The notes beneath the pieces were generated by a model, which had not been told where the DNA came from, did no database searches, and saw only the letters and a program-made list of their open reading frames with translations. Both the position numbers and the translations under genes were made by a program. A stretch of 64,000 bases of DNA from Blastocladiella emersonii ATCC 22665. Taxonomy: Eukaryota > Fungi > Blastocladiomycota. This document shows positions 21,771 to 34,025 of this stretch, one piece after another. Where the stretch lies: positions 62,001-126,000 of the forward strand of contig JANHCV010000005.1 in NCBI GenBank assembly GCA_025594325.1, read 5' to 3'. How positions within the stretch are numbered: the stretch's first letter is position 1; each line of letters begins with the position of its first letter.

Positions 21771-24700
21771 ATGGGAGGCTACCGTCGCGTCACGGGCGCC
21801 GCCCGCCGCGGCTCCGATGCTGCTGGCCACGGCGACGTCAACCAGCAGAGCTCCACGGCCGCTGAACCCGTCCGCGGGTGGCGGTACTGGCTCGGGTCCA
21901 TCTTATTCTTCCAGGTCTCCAAGCTCGTCAAGGACGGGTCCGACGGGACCATCGCGTCCGAGGACATGCTCAACATCACGTACGCGCACCGACAGCCTCG
22001 TTTGAGCCGCGGTGACTGATCCCGCGCGTGCCGTGTAGCAACGAGGAGCGCGCCGACTACCTCGGCAGCCGGCTCGGCGAGATCTGGCACGCCCAGCCCG
22101 CAGGCTCGCGCAGTATGTGGCGCGCGCTGGTACGTGGATCGGTTTGCTCGTGTGCTGCGCCTCATGCAGTCTCGAGATACTAACGGCGGCCACGACGTCG
22201 CGTAGTTCTCCATGTTCGGCGCCCGGTACATTGGCGTGTCGCTGCTGGCCATCCTGGCGTCGTGGTCCAAGCTGTCGGCCGCCATCTTCCTCGGCCAGTT
22301 CATCCTGTTCCTGCAGGATCCAGCGGCCCCGACGCACACGGGCATCCTGTACGGCGCGGCGCTGGGCACGGCCATGCTCACGTTCGCCGTGGTCGAGTCG
22401 CAGTTCATGATCTATTCGACGCAGCTCGGGATCCGCGCGCGCGTCTCGGTGCTCTCGTTCCTATACTCGCACATGCTGGCCGTCAACGCGGCCGACCTGC
22501 CGCCCGCGGGGCAGACGCTCAACGTCGTGTCCAACGACGCGCAGCGGCTCGAGGACGCAGCGCCGTTCCTCATGTTCCTCGTCCTGGCCCCGCTCGAGAC
22601 CGTCACAGCGTTCGCGGCCACCACCTTCTACATTGGCTTCCAGCCCGCACTCGCCGGGTTTGGCACGCTGTCCGCGCTCATTCTGCTGCTTTCGTCCAAC
22701 TCGCGCCTGTTCAACCGACTGCGCCGGCAGCTCGTCGAGGCGCGCGACCAGCGGACCAAGGTCCTTTCAGACATGTTCCGGTCCATGGAGGTCATCAAAT
22801 TGTACAGCTGGGCCGCGCCGTTCGTCGACAAGGTGCTCGCGTTCCGCGCCGTCGAGATGCGCGTCTTCTACAAGTGGTACGGGCTCAAGGGCATCAACGG
22901 CGGCATGTACTGGAGCGCCGTCGGGTTCATGTCCGTGGCCGCCTTCTTCATCTACGTCTTCGTCCTCGACCAGCCGCTCTCGACCGACATTGTCTTCACG
23001 TCCATGCTCCTCTTCACGTCGGTCCGCGAGAACATGGCGTGGCGCATCCCGCGCGCCTTCGAGCTGCTCGCCGAGCTTCGCGTGTCCATGCACCGCCTCG
23101 AGTCGTTCCTCGCCATCTCGGCGCGCGAGGTGCACCCCGCCCCCGCTTCTGCTGCGACCACGGACGGCGCCGACGCGGACACGGTCCTCGAGATCGCCGA
23201 CGCGACGCTCGCGTGGCACCCGAACCGCGCGCCGGTCCTGTCGGGCGTCAACGTCACGGTTCGCCGCGGCGAGCTCGTCGCCGTCGTCGGTTCGGTCGGC
23301 TCCTCCAAGACGTCGCTGCTGCGCGCGGTCCTCGGCCATCTGCACCTCGTATCCGGCACCATTCGCGCCGCGCGCGTGTCGTACGCGCCCCAATCCGTCT
23401 ACGTCGTGGGCGGGACCGTGCGCGACAACATACTTCTGACCAGCGACCCGTCCACCGCCGCCACGGCCGTCGTCGACGAGGCCCGCCTGCGCCGCGTCGT
23501 CGACGTGTGCCAGCTCGCGCCTGACCTCGCGCGGTGGGCCAACGGGCTCGACACGTACCTCGGGAGCCGCGCGCAGTCGGCGTCGGGCGGGCAGCGTGCG
23601 CGGCTCGCCCTCGCGCGCGCCCTGTACCAGCGCGCGGACCTGTACCTGCTCGACGACATTTTCGGCCCGCTGGACGCCAAGACGTCGGCGGCTATTTTTG
23701 TGGGATTGCGCGAGTTCCTCGTCGAGAGCAAGGCGGCCGCGGTCCTCGTCACGCACCACCTCGGCGCCGTCGTCCAGTGCGACGCGGCCATTTACACGGC
23801 GCGCGGCCGCGTGCTCGCGCAGGGCGGGTACCAAGCCGTCGTCGGCGCGGCGGTCCAGCACGAGCCCGAGTTTGCCCGCATGCTCGAGGAGTACGCCATG
23901 GCCGCGGGGTCGGGTGCCGGTGGGCGCGACGCGGGGAACGGGGACGCGGCACCGCGCGACGTTGCCGCCGCTGGTCCACCGGCTGCTGGTCTCGACGGCG
24001 CCATTGACGACGAGGACGACGACGATGCGGACGCGGACGAGGGCGCTGAGACGGCGGCCGCGGGCATGGACTTTTCGCTGTTCCTGCAGTTCCTCAAGCT
24101 CAGCGGGTCCAAGTGGATGCTGACCGGGTCGGTGATCCTCGGCGTGGCTACGTGCGCGGTGCAGGCCGTGGCCGACTGGTGGCTGGCCGAGTGGGCGAGC
24201 GAGCCGACGCGGGCGGGGCAGGTCGACCCGCTGCACTGGACCGTGTTCCTGGCGCTGATCCTGTGCGTGCCGCCGGTCGCGCTGCTGTCGGCGTACGGGT
24301 TCTACGTCGTGATCATCGCGGCGTCGCGCGCGCTGTTCGCGCGCATGATCCAGAACCTCGTCAAGGCGTCGCCGCGCTTCTTCGCCCTCAACCCGCCCGG
24401 CCGCATCATGAACCGCGCCGTCAAGGACGCGTCGCAGGTCGACGAGGTGCTGCCCGACGCCTTTGCCGACGTGCTGCGCCTGTGGATCTACATGCTGACC
24501 ATCATCGTGACGGTGGTGATCGCGGTGCCGTACGTGCTGCTGGCCATCGTGCCCGTGGCCGGCGCGTTCTGGGTGCTGCGCGGCATGTACGTGCGGAGCA
24601 ACGGGCAGGTGCGGCGGCTCGAGGCGCTCAGCCGGTCGCCGCTGTACTCGCACCTCGTCAGCACCGTCGAGGGCCTCACCACGGTCACGGCGCTGCAGCG

Positions 24701-25907
24701 CGAGCGCCAGTACACGCGCACATTCTGCGCCCGCGTTGACGACAACACGCGCGCGCTGCTCTCCTTTTACACGGTCGAGCGGTGGCTGTGCCTGCGCGTC
24801 GACGCGCTCGCGTGCGCCATCATCTACACCGCGGCAGGGCTCATGGTCGCCCTGAAGCCAACTCTCGCGCTCGGGATCGCGTCCTTGGCGCAGATGTACA
24901 TCCTCTCGCTCGTGGATTCTCTCCAGTACAACGTGCGCAAGTCGGCCGAGATGGCGCTCCAGCTGATCTCGGTGCAGCGCATGCTCGAGTACGCGCACGA
25001 CATTCCGCTCGAGGGCGACCAAGCCACGGCCGCGGACGTGCACCTGCCCGCCGACTGGCCGAGCCGCGGTGTGGTCGAGTTCCAGGACGTGACGCTCACG
25101 TACGAGGGCAGCGACCGACCGGCGCTGTCGGGCGTGTCGTTCGCGACGCAGGCGGGCGAGTCGCTCAGCCTGGTCGGTCGCACGGGTTCCGGCAAGTCGT
25201 CCGTGCTCAACGCGCTGTTCCGTACGGCCGAGATCGCGGCGCCGTCGCGGATCCTGATCGACGGGGTCGACATTGCGCGGGTCGGGCTGCACGACCTGCG
25301 GAGCCGACTGGCGATCATCCCGCAGGCCGTGTTCCAGTTCCACGGCAGCGTGCGGTTCAACCTCGACCCGTGCGGGGTGCACTCGGACGCGGCGCTGTGG
25401 GAGGTGCTGTCGCGGGTCGAGCTGCGCGACGTGGTGGCCGGGTACGACGGCACGCTCGACGCCGAGCCGGGGTTCTCGGCGGGCGAGGGCCAGCTGCTGC
25501 AGCTCGCGCGCGTGCTGCTGCGGCCCAACGTGCGGGTTCTGGTACGTTTGATACGTCTCCCTCGCCCGAACCACGCTGACGCTCACGCTCACGACCACGA
25601 CCCCGGATGTCGGTAGGTGCTCGACGAGTGCAGCAGCAACATCGACAAGATCACCGAGGGCGTGCTGCAGCGGACGCTGCGCGAGCAGTTCCGCGAGTGC
25701 ACGGTGATCACGGTCGCGCACCGAATCGAGACGGTCATCGACAGCGACAAGGTGTGCGTGCTTGACCAGGGCCGCGTGCAGGAGCTCGGCGCGCCCGCGG
25801 CGCTGCTGGCGGACCCCGAGTCCAAGTTCCGCAAGATCGCCGAGGAGGGCATGGGGACCGAGAAGCTGGCGCGGTTCATGGCGGGCAAGGCCGACAAGTC
25901 CGAGTGA
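21771..25907 (+). CDS. ABCC (MRP4-like, short type) ABC transporter
   Basis: Introns 21980-22038, 22130-22205 and 25542-25616 give a continuous TMD1-NBD1-TMD2-NBD2 protein. NBD1: GSVGSSKTS, ASGGQRARLALARALY, YLLDD. NBD2: VGRTGSGKSS, IIPQ, FSAGEGQLLQLAR, VLVLDE. Confidence 0.93.
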
Positions 25908-26016
25908 GCGGGCCGATGGGGGGAGACGGACGGTAGTGGAATACACAGAACAGATAGTGATAAAAAATCTACATGGGGTGGAGACAACAGCCGGGGGCGG
26001 GCAGGGACGCTCGCGC

Positions 26017-26160
26017 TTAGACGGCGAGCCAGTTGCCGTAGGCGTTGAAGGCGAACACGGCGCCGGCGAACACGGTCGACGAGACGAGGATCGAGATGTT
26101 GCCCGGGATGTGCTCGGGGGCCATGAGCTGGTGCTGGATGGACTGGAGGAGCGAGGCCAT
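26017..26160 (-). CDS. 47-aa tail-anchored microprotein, Tom6-like (TOM complex small subunit)
   Basis: tccgccATGG start context and strongly biased GC3 codons. The protein is MASLLQSIQHQLMAPEHIPGNISILVSSTVFAGAVFAFNAYGNWLAV*, with one C-terminal hydrophobic helix resembling fungal Tom6. It is below the ORF-track length cut-off. Confidence 0.6.
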   Translation of the reverse strand: MASLLQSIQHQLMAPEHIPGNISILVSSTVFAGAVFAFNAYGNWLAV

Positions 26161-26528
26161 GGCGGATTCAATGACGGGGTGCTGCGGGCGCGCGCGGGCC
26201 GGCGGTTAGCACAAGTGTTCATTGCAGGTAGTCCATGAGCGAATCCATTGCGCACCTTGGCGGTACGGCGCTGCGTTGCGTGGAGGGGCAGCGAGCGGAG
26301 AGGGCCGCGGCCTTGTTGGTCGGCCGGGCAAAGGCGCACGTGTCGCAGCCTGATGCCCGGCCGCGCGTCGATCCCTGCTGCGTCGCTGCGTCGCACGGGC
26401 CGCCGTCCCGCTCGTCGCGTCCCCCTCCCCCTCCCTCGCGCTCCCCACCATCTGATCGGCCCCGCTCGGCGCCGCATGCATCGCTTCTTCCCGGACCGCC
26501 GCTGATCGGCCGACGCACAACTCCCACC

Positions 26529-29301
26529 ATGGCGCACTTCAAGGTCGTCGACGAGGTAGGCGAGACCGTCCGCAACGAGTTTGTCCTCTTCCTGGAAAAG
26601 TACGCCGTGCTGCACCGCCCCGCGTGTGTGCCTCCCCGCTCACCCTCTACCCACGCACAGCTACACCCTGCGCGTGCACAAGCTGCGCCCCGCGCGGGCG
26701 GACGGCGACAGCTCGAACCCGACGTCCGACTTCAACCCGACGTCCGACGCCATGAACCCGACGTCCGACGACGCCTTCGAGTTCATCTATCCGTACCGCC
26801 AGCAGATCAAGGAGCTCAAGGCCACCGAGCGCACCACGCTGCAGGTCGACTTTGTCCACTTCAGCCAGTTCAACGACCGCATCGCGCGCGTCGTGCAGGA
26901 CCACTACGTGCGCTTCGAGCCGTACCTGCGCCGCGCCGTGCAGCTGTTCGTCCAGGCCCACGAGCCCGCCTACCTCTACAAGCCCAACCAGGCCAATTTC
27001 GGGGGTGCCTTTGCGACGGACGCGGCCGCCGCCAACGGGCCCATGCGCGAGTTCTGGGTCAGCTTCTCCAACCTGCCCACCACGTCGCGCCTGCGCGAGC
27101 TGCGCGGCGAGCACGTCGGGAAGCTCGTGTCGCTGTCGGGCACCGTGACGCGCACGTCCGAGGTGCGCCCGGAGCTGCTGTTCGGGTCGTTCGAGTGCGC
27201 CGAGTGCGGCACCGTCGTGGCCGACGTCGAGCAGCAGTTTGCCTTCACCGAGCCCATCATGTGCCAGAGCCCGACGTGCCAGAACCGCGTCGCGTGGACC
27301 CCGCTGCTCAGCCAGTCCAAGTTCTGCGACTGGCAAAAGGTGCGCGTCCAGGAGAACCCGGCCGAGATCCCCTCGGGCGCCATGCCGCGCTCGCTCGACG
27401 TGATCCTGCGCCACGAGACGGTCGAGCGCGCCAAGGCCGGCGACAAGGTCCGCTTCACCGGCACCGTCATCGTCATCCCCGACATCTCGCAGCTCGCCGT
27501 CCCCGGACGCAAGTTCGAGGCCGTCCGCAGCCAGGGCGGCCGCGGCCAGTCGGGCTTTGCTGAGGGCGTCTCCGGGCTCAAGGGGCTCGGCGTCCGCGAC
27601 ATGGGCTACAAGCTCGCCTTCCTCGCGTGCCACGCCGTCCCCGAGACCACCCACGTCGCGACGGGGCTCGGCCACGTCGACCTCGACGACGCGTCGGCCG
27701 ACGAGGTGGTAGCCTCGTTCACGCCCGAGGAGATTGTCGAGCTGCAGGACATGGTCAAGAACACGAACCTGTACAACGACCTGGTGCGGTCGATTGCGCC
27801 GCAGGTGTTTGGGCACGACGAGATCAAGCGCGGCATCCTGCTGCAGCTGCTCGGCGGCGTGCACAAGACGACGCGCGAGGGCATCAACCTGCGCGGCGAC
27901 CTCAACATCTGCATTGTCGGCGACCCGTCCACGGCCAAGTCGCAGTTCCTCAAGTACGTGGCGTCGCTGTCGCCGCGGTCCGTGTTCACGTCGGGCAAGG
28001 CGTCGTCGGCCGCCGGTCTCACGGCCGCCGTCATCAAGGACGAGGAGACGGGCGAGTTCACCATCGAGGCCGGTGCCCTCATGCTCGCCGACAACGGCAT
28101 CTGCTGCATCGACGAGTTTGACAAGATGGACATCCGCGACCAGGTGGCGATCCACGAGGCCATGGAGCAGCAGACGATTTCGATCGCCAAGGCCGGCGTG
28201 CAGGCGACGCTCAACGCGCGCACGTCGATCCTGGCGGCGGCGAACCCGGTGCACGGGCGGTACGACAAGCGGCTGTCGCTGCGGCAGAACATTGCCATGT
28301 CGGCGCCCATCATGTCGCGGTTCGACCTGTTCTTCGTGGTGCTGGACGAGTGCGACATGGCGACCGACATGCACCTCGCCGAGCACCTGGTGCGCGTGCA
28401 CCGGTTCCGCGAAGAGTACCTCGAGCCCGTGTACCCGCTCGAGCGCGTGCAGCGGTACCTGCGGTTCGCGCGCACGTTCCAGCCCAAGATGACCCACGAG
28501 GCCGCGCGCCTGCTGCGCCAGCAGTACAACGAGCTGCGCCAGGAGAACGACCTCAAGGCGCACCGCGTCACGGTGCGCCAGCTCGAGTCCATGGTCCGCC
28601 TGTCCGAGGCCCTCGCGCGCCTCCACTGCGACGAGAACGTGACGGTCCGGTACGTTGGCGAGGCGTTCCGCCTGCTCAAGAAGTCGATCCTGCACATCGA
28701 GACGGCCTCGGCCGATATCGAGCTCAACGACGACGCCGTCATGGCGGGCGCCGGCGGCGACGTGCAGCTGGCTCCGGGCGAGGACGACCTCGCGCAGATG
28801 GCTGCCGCGCAGCAGGCCGCGATGGCCGAGGCCGCCGCGGCCGCTGCTGCTGCTGCCGCTGGCGGCGAGGGTACCGCGCCCGCGGCGCCCACCAAGATGC
28901 AAATCAGCCAGGCGGACCTGCAGGCCATGACCGAGATGTTCGTGCTGCGGCTGCGCAACCGGTCGGACCCGTCGAGCGCCGACGCAGCGGGCGTCGACGA
29001 CGCGGGCGAGGGCGAGGGCGACGAGGGGATCCGGCGGTCGGCGCTCGTGCAGCACTACCTGGAGCAGCTCGAGAACGACATTAGCAGCGAGGCGGACCTC
29101 ATGTACTACCAGCGCAAGGCCGAGCTTGTGATCCGGCACCTGGTCAAGAAGGCGGGCGTGCTGCTCCAGCTCAAGCCCACCGAGTACCGCCAGTCGCAGT
29201 CGCAGCAGGCGGGCGCCGAGCCAGCAGCCTTCGCCGAAGAGGACGACGACGAGAACGACCCGTTCATCGTGCTCAACCCGACGTACCAGTTCGAGCTGTG
29301 A
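26529..29301 (+). CDS. MCM6: DNA replication licensing factor MCM6
   Basis: ATG 26529, intron 26600-26660. C4 zinc finger CAEC..CQSPTC; GDPSTAKSQFLK; SSAAGLTAAVIKDEETGEFTIEAGALMLADNGICCIDEFDKM; SRFD; C-terminal winged-helix region. Confidence 0.97.
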
Positions 29302-29869
29302 TCTATCGGGCGGGTACCTCTTCGCATAATACAATCAATCGCATTCTGCATGACTGACCACGGAGTGAGTCGCGTGTCCAGGGAGCGCGCCGCCACGGCC
29401 GCCGCCGCCACGCGTCGTCCCTGCTGCATGAACTGAACTGAACTCCGTGATGCCCGCTGATCCCGCGAGCCGACGCGTCCACGGTCAGGGACTCGAATGT
29501 AGCGAGGGACTCCCTCGACAACTTTTGTGAGTGAGTCGCGGCGATTTTCAGCGAGGATCACGGTCCATCACAGGTCGGAGAACCGGTGGCCGCCGCCGCC
29601 GCCACGGCCGTGCGCCTCGGGGGCGCCGCCGCGCTCGCAAACACTTCTCTCCCCTGCTCCTCTATATATACGCCGCGCTGCCTGACGAACCTTGCGCTCT
29701 CTCCCTCCATCTGAACGACCACGGGCATCGTTCGTCGTCGCGACCGCAACGCAAAGCCACACGGCACAAGCCCCCCTCCTCTCCGCGCACGACGAGCGTC
29801 GATTCTAGCGCGACCCGTCCCCGCTCCTCGCTGTTCCAGCAGCGTAGATCGCTTGCCCGCCCCGCCACC

Positions 29870-31397
29870 ATGGCCCGCACCTCCAGCAGCAACCTCACCT
29901 CGCGGGCGTTCGTGCTCGCGGCCCTGGCGTCGGTGCTTGTCTTCCTCGCCGGCGTGGCCCACGCGCAGTCGACGGGGACGCCCGCGCGCCAGGCCGCCGT
30001 CAACTGCGCCGCCCTGACCACGTTTGATGCGTGCGACGCGGCGCGCAACGTCACGGCGACCGAGCGGTGCTTCTGGGGAAGCGACTTCAAGTGCACCCGC
30101 GGTACGTCGTGCGCTCCGGTCCGCTGCGGCGACGGCGCACCACCGGCTCGCCCTAACGCACCCTGCGCCCGCACCCTCGCGCGTAGCCATCTACTGCAAC
30201 GCCGACTGCACGGACACGGCCAACTGCGCGCCGTGCGCCGGGTTTGGCGGGCTGTGCCGACCAAAGTCGCTCGGGTGCCCGCCGGCGTGCCCGGACCTCG
30301 TGTCCAAGTGGGACTGCGAGCAGTGGGCGACCAACCGCACCGCCGTCCCGAGCTGCGCGTGGAGCACGCAGGCCGGCAAGTGCTCGCTCGTCAACGCCCT
30401 GACCGCGACCGACAACCGCGCGCCGACGGCGCCCGATGGCGGTGCCGCCAAGTCGGGCGACGGCGGCGACGGCAGCAACCTCGCGGCGACGCCGACGGGC
30501 GCTGCGGCCGCCACCAAGCCCCCACACGCGGACGTGGTCGTGTCGAGCAGCGTCATGATGCCGCTGACGATTGGCGGCGTCGCCGCCGTGGCCATTGTCG
30601 GGTTCGGCGCCATTCTCATCTCCGAGCGCCGCGCCGGGCCCGCGGCACCGCCCACGCTCCCGACCGCCAACAAGCCGCGTGTTGCGGCCGACGGCAGCAT
30701 CGAGCTCGCGGCGCCGCGCCGGCCACGCGGGCCGCGCAAGTCGGGCACCGCGCGCTGGATCACCAACGGCGGCGGCGCGGGCGCACGGAGTCCTGGCATC
30801 GTCGGCGGTGCACCAGGTAACGGCGTCGGTGGGAGTCGCACACCGCGCCGCGGGCCCATGGGCATAGGCAGCCCCGGCGCGGCGGGCGTGTACACGCCGC
30901 CCGTGTCGTCGTCGCTGCGGCCGGTTGTCGAGCACCGCGTCGTGATGCACCACTCGTCGACGAGCCTCGCGTCCGCCGCCGGATCCTCGTCGTCCTCGTC
31001 CATGGGGTACTCGACGCTGCCCACGACCTCGACGGGTCTCGCGCCACCATCTACCGGCGGCCCGCGCCGCCGCTCGCCCTCGCCGTCCCCGCGTCAGCCG
31101 GCCGCGCGCGCTCCGTCGCCGCTCCGGTTCACGCACGTCGCCGCGGCCGCGGACGCGCCGTCGTCCCCTGTCACGTCGCCGACTGGTGGGTCGGCGTCGC
31201 GGCACCTGATGCCGACGAGTGGGAGCAGCACGATCCGGTCGCGGTCCCGGTCCCGGTCGCCGACGCGCGTCCTCGTCCGGCCATCGTCGGCTACGAGCCT
31301 GCGGCAGCAGCCGGGCGGCTCGAGCCCGTCGAGCTCGCCAACCTCGCCCATCGGGCAGACAGCGGAGCTGTTCCACCGCCAGCCCTCCTCGCCCTGA
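29870..31397 (+). CDS. Type I single-pass membrane protein with Cys-rich ectodomain (paralog A)
   Basis: Signal peptide ending AGVAHA/Q. Phase-1 intron 30102-30186. Ectodomain with 14 Cys and two C-x-W motifs, TM helix LTIGGVAAVAIVGFGAILI, and a Ser/Pro/Arg-rich tail. A TATA-like TATATATA lies near 29665. Confidence 0.8.
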
Positions 31398-32066
31398 GAC
31401 CCCATTTTGCCCTCCCCGTTTTGATGAAGAATACAATGATAGAGCACCGCCAGCGTGCGTTTTTCCTGCGGATCTCAAGGCCATCGAATCCTGAATCCTG
31501 TGCGCGGTGCATGGTCGGCAGCCGCTGGGGCTTTCTTTGACTCGCGGCGAGCGGTGGGGCTTGCTGCTGCGCCGCCGCCCGCTTCCTCTCCCCTCCCAGC
31601 GACGACGGCAACGACGTGGTCGGTTCTCTCTGCCCTGATCCTCATAGACTTCTAGACGAGGGTGAGACGCTGCAACCACGCGCACCACGCACCGTCCGCC
31701 CGCTCCAACCGACACAGAGAGCAGCACACGGCTGCAGTGACAACGACGGCGCCCCAGCCAACCCGCGAACTTTCCGCTTCCTAGGTCCGTTCATCCTCGG
31801 GCTGACCGGCTGCGGCCCTCCGCTTCGTCATGGGCGAGGCGGCGGGTCGCGGGCGCAGGAGCAAGGGGTGGGCCGGCGCGGCCGTGGTCGAAGCGAAGGC
31901 TCAGCCACCCGTCGCCGGCCGCTGTGCTGCCGTCGCGAATCATGACCGGGCCACTCACGCTGGCGCGCCCTCGCCTCACCACGGCGACCACGACACCATG
32001 TGTGTGTAGACTACGGCTCGAGCACTAGCGCACCAGGCCCCTCGCCACCGCTCTCCCGCAACAACC

Positions 32067-33758
32067 ATGTTCCCAACTTCCTTCTCGACCCACGCGCGGC
32101 TCCGCGCCGTGATGGGCCTCCTGATCGCCACGCTACTCGTGCTCGCGGCCGCGGTGCCCGCCGTGACGGCGCAGGACGGCGCGGGCGCCAACCCGTGCAG
32201 CGTCGTCAAAGCGCGCGACGAGTGCGAGGCCAAGCAGGTCACGTCTGGCGGACAGTGCTACTGGTCCGAGACGGCGTGCTTTCTCGGTACGATCTGCTGC
32301 CCGCTCGCCCTCTTAAGTCGCTCCGACGGCTAACGCTCCTGCACATCCACAGGCGACGCGTGCGGCTCCGGCTGCTCCAAGCCCGGGTGCGCGCGGTGCC
32401 CGTCGCTCGCGAACCTGTGCTACCCGTCCGTGATCCCGTGCCCGCTGTCGTGCTCGGCGTACACGTACGAGGCCGCGTGCACGGCGTGGGGATCGAGCCG
32501 CCCGGGCGTACCGCGGTGCGCGTGGGCCGACGGCGCGTGCAAGACGGACGCGCAGGGGTTCAAGGGCCCCGCTGACGGTGCTTCCCCGAAAAACGGCACC
32601 ACGGCCGTGTTCGGCGGGACCGGCGGCAGCGTGGATGCCGGCGCGACCGCGCAGCAGCAGGGCGGCAGCGCGGGCTCGTCGGCGCTCCCGATCATCGGCG
32701 GGATCGTCGCCGCGCTCCTCGTCGTCGTGGCCGCGGGCTTCTTTGTCGCCCGCGCGCGCCGCGGCCGCAAGTCGAACGGTGGCGACGCCGAGTCGGCCAA
32801 GTCGCGCAGCATCCCGGCCGCGGCCAAGCCGTCGTCGGGCGGCAGCGGCAGTAGCCCGACCACGCCCGTCCGCTCCGCCGCCATCTCGGCGCCGCAGCTC
32901 GCCAACACGTACGAGATCCGTCCTCCACCCTCTGCCGCCGCCGCCGCCGCCTCGGTCACCTCGCCCGCGCCCGCCGCGACCACGGCCTCGGCCACGACGC
33001 GCATGCTGGCGCCGACACCCACCGCGACGCCCGTCGTAGTGCGCTCGCCCGTGGCGGTGCAAGAGTTCCCGACGATCCAGCGGCACGCGCACTCGTCGGT
33101 CGTGTCGGAGACGGCGTCGACGCTGGACCGCGCTGACGCGCCGATCCCGCGGTCGTGGAACCTCGGGTCCGCCAGCACGAACGGCGGCACCGCGTCGCCG
33201 ATGCGCGCGGCGGCCATGGCGCGGGCCGCGGCCATGACGGCGTCGGTCGTGTCCATGGACGTGCCGCCGTCGGCGTCGAGCGACACGTCGTTTGCGTTTG
33301 CGCGGCCGCGCCTCGACAGCACCAACGTCACCGAGGGCCAGTCGACGCTCGGGTACGTGTGGCCGACCACGGCGAGGCTCACCATGATCTCGCTCGCCGA
33401 CACGGACCGCGAGCTCGACTCCGAGACCGGGTCGGTCCCGCCTACGCCCATGGACGAGGCCGCGTACTACCGGTACGCGACCGAGGGCGAGGTCGAGGCG
33501 GCCGCCGCGGGTCGCGACGGCGAGGAAGAGGTCAACCGCATGCTGCCACAAGGGTCCGCGTCCCAGCAGCACCTCGCGACCCCCGCTACGCCCAACACGC
33601 CCATGTCGCCCTACTCGTTGAGCGATATCGGGTACTACAGCGTCGTCAACGGCGGCGCCAGCGATGTCGGCACGCCCACGTCGCCCGTGCCCGCGGTCCC
33701 AGGTAGTCGCAGTCACGGCGGCCTGAACGTCGCGCCGCGCGACGCGTCCTTGACATGA
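32067..33758 (+). CDS. Type I single-pass membrane protein with Cys-rich ectodomain (paralog B)
   Basis: Signal peptide ending VPAVTA/Q. Phase-1 intron 32287-32352 (GTACGA..GCTAAC..CAG). Same Cys spacing as paralog A, TM helix IIGGIVAALLVVVAAGFFVA, and a Ser/Thr/Pro-rich tail. Confidence 0.8.
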
Positions 33759-34025
33759 TTTCCTTGTGCTAGCAGACGATTTGACACTCATATACAGCCT
33801 TTTTGTGATCCCAGAGCAGCGACTAGTCGGAGACGTGACAAGGATACATATGAAGCAACGACAGAGAGAGTGGATGGGGGACGGCGCGGCAGATGGTGGT
33901 GGATGGCGCTCGCGCGGCGGTGGCGGGGTATAGCAAACAGAGCAGAGGTGCAAGGACAGCGAGGGAGCGAGGGAGCGATGGAGCGTCTATGTACATGTAT
34001 GGGGGAAGGGAAAGTAGCGGTGCAA

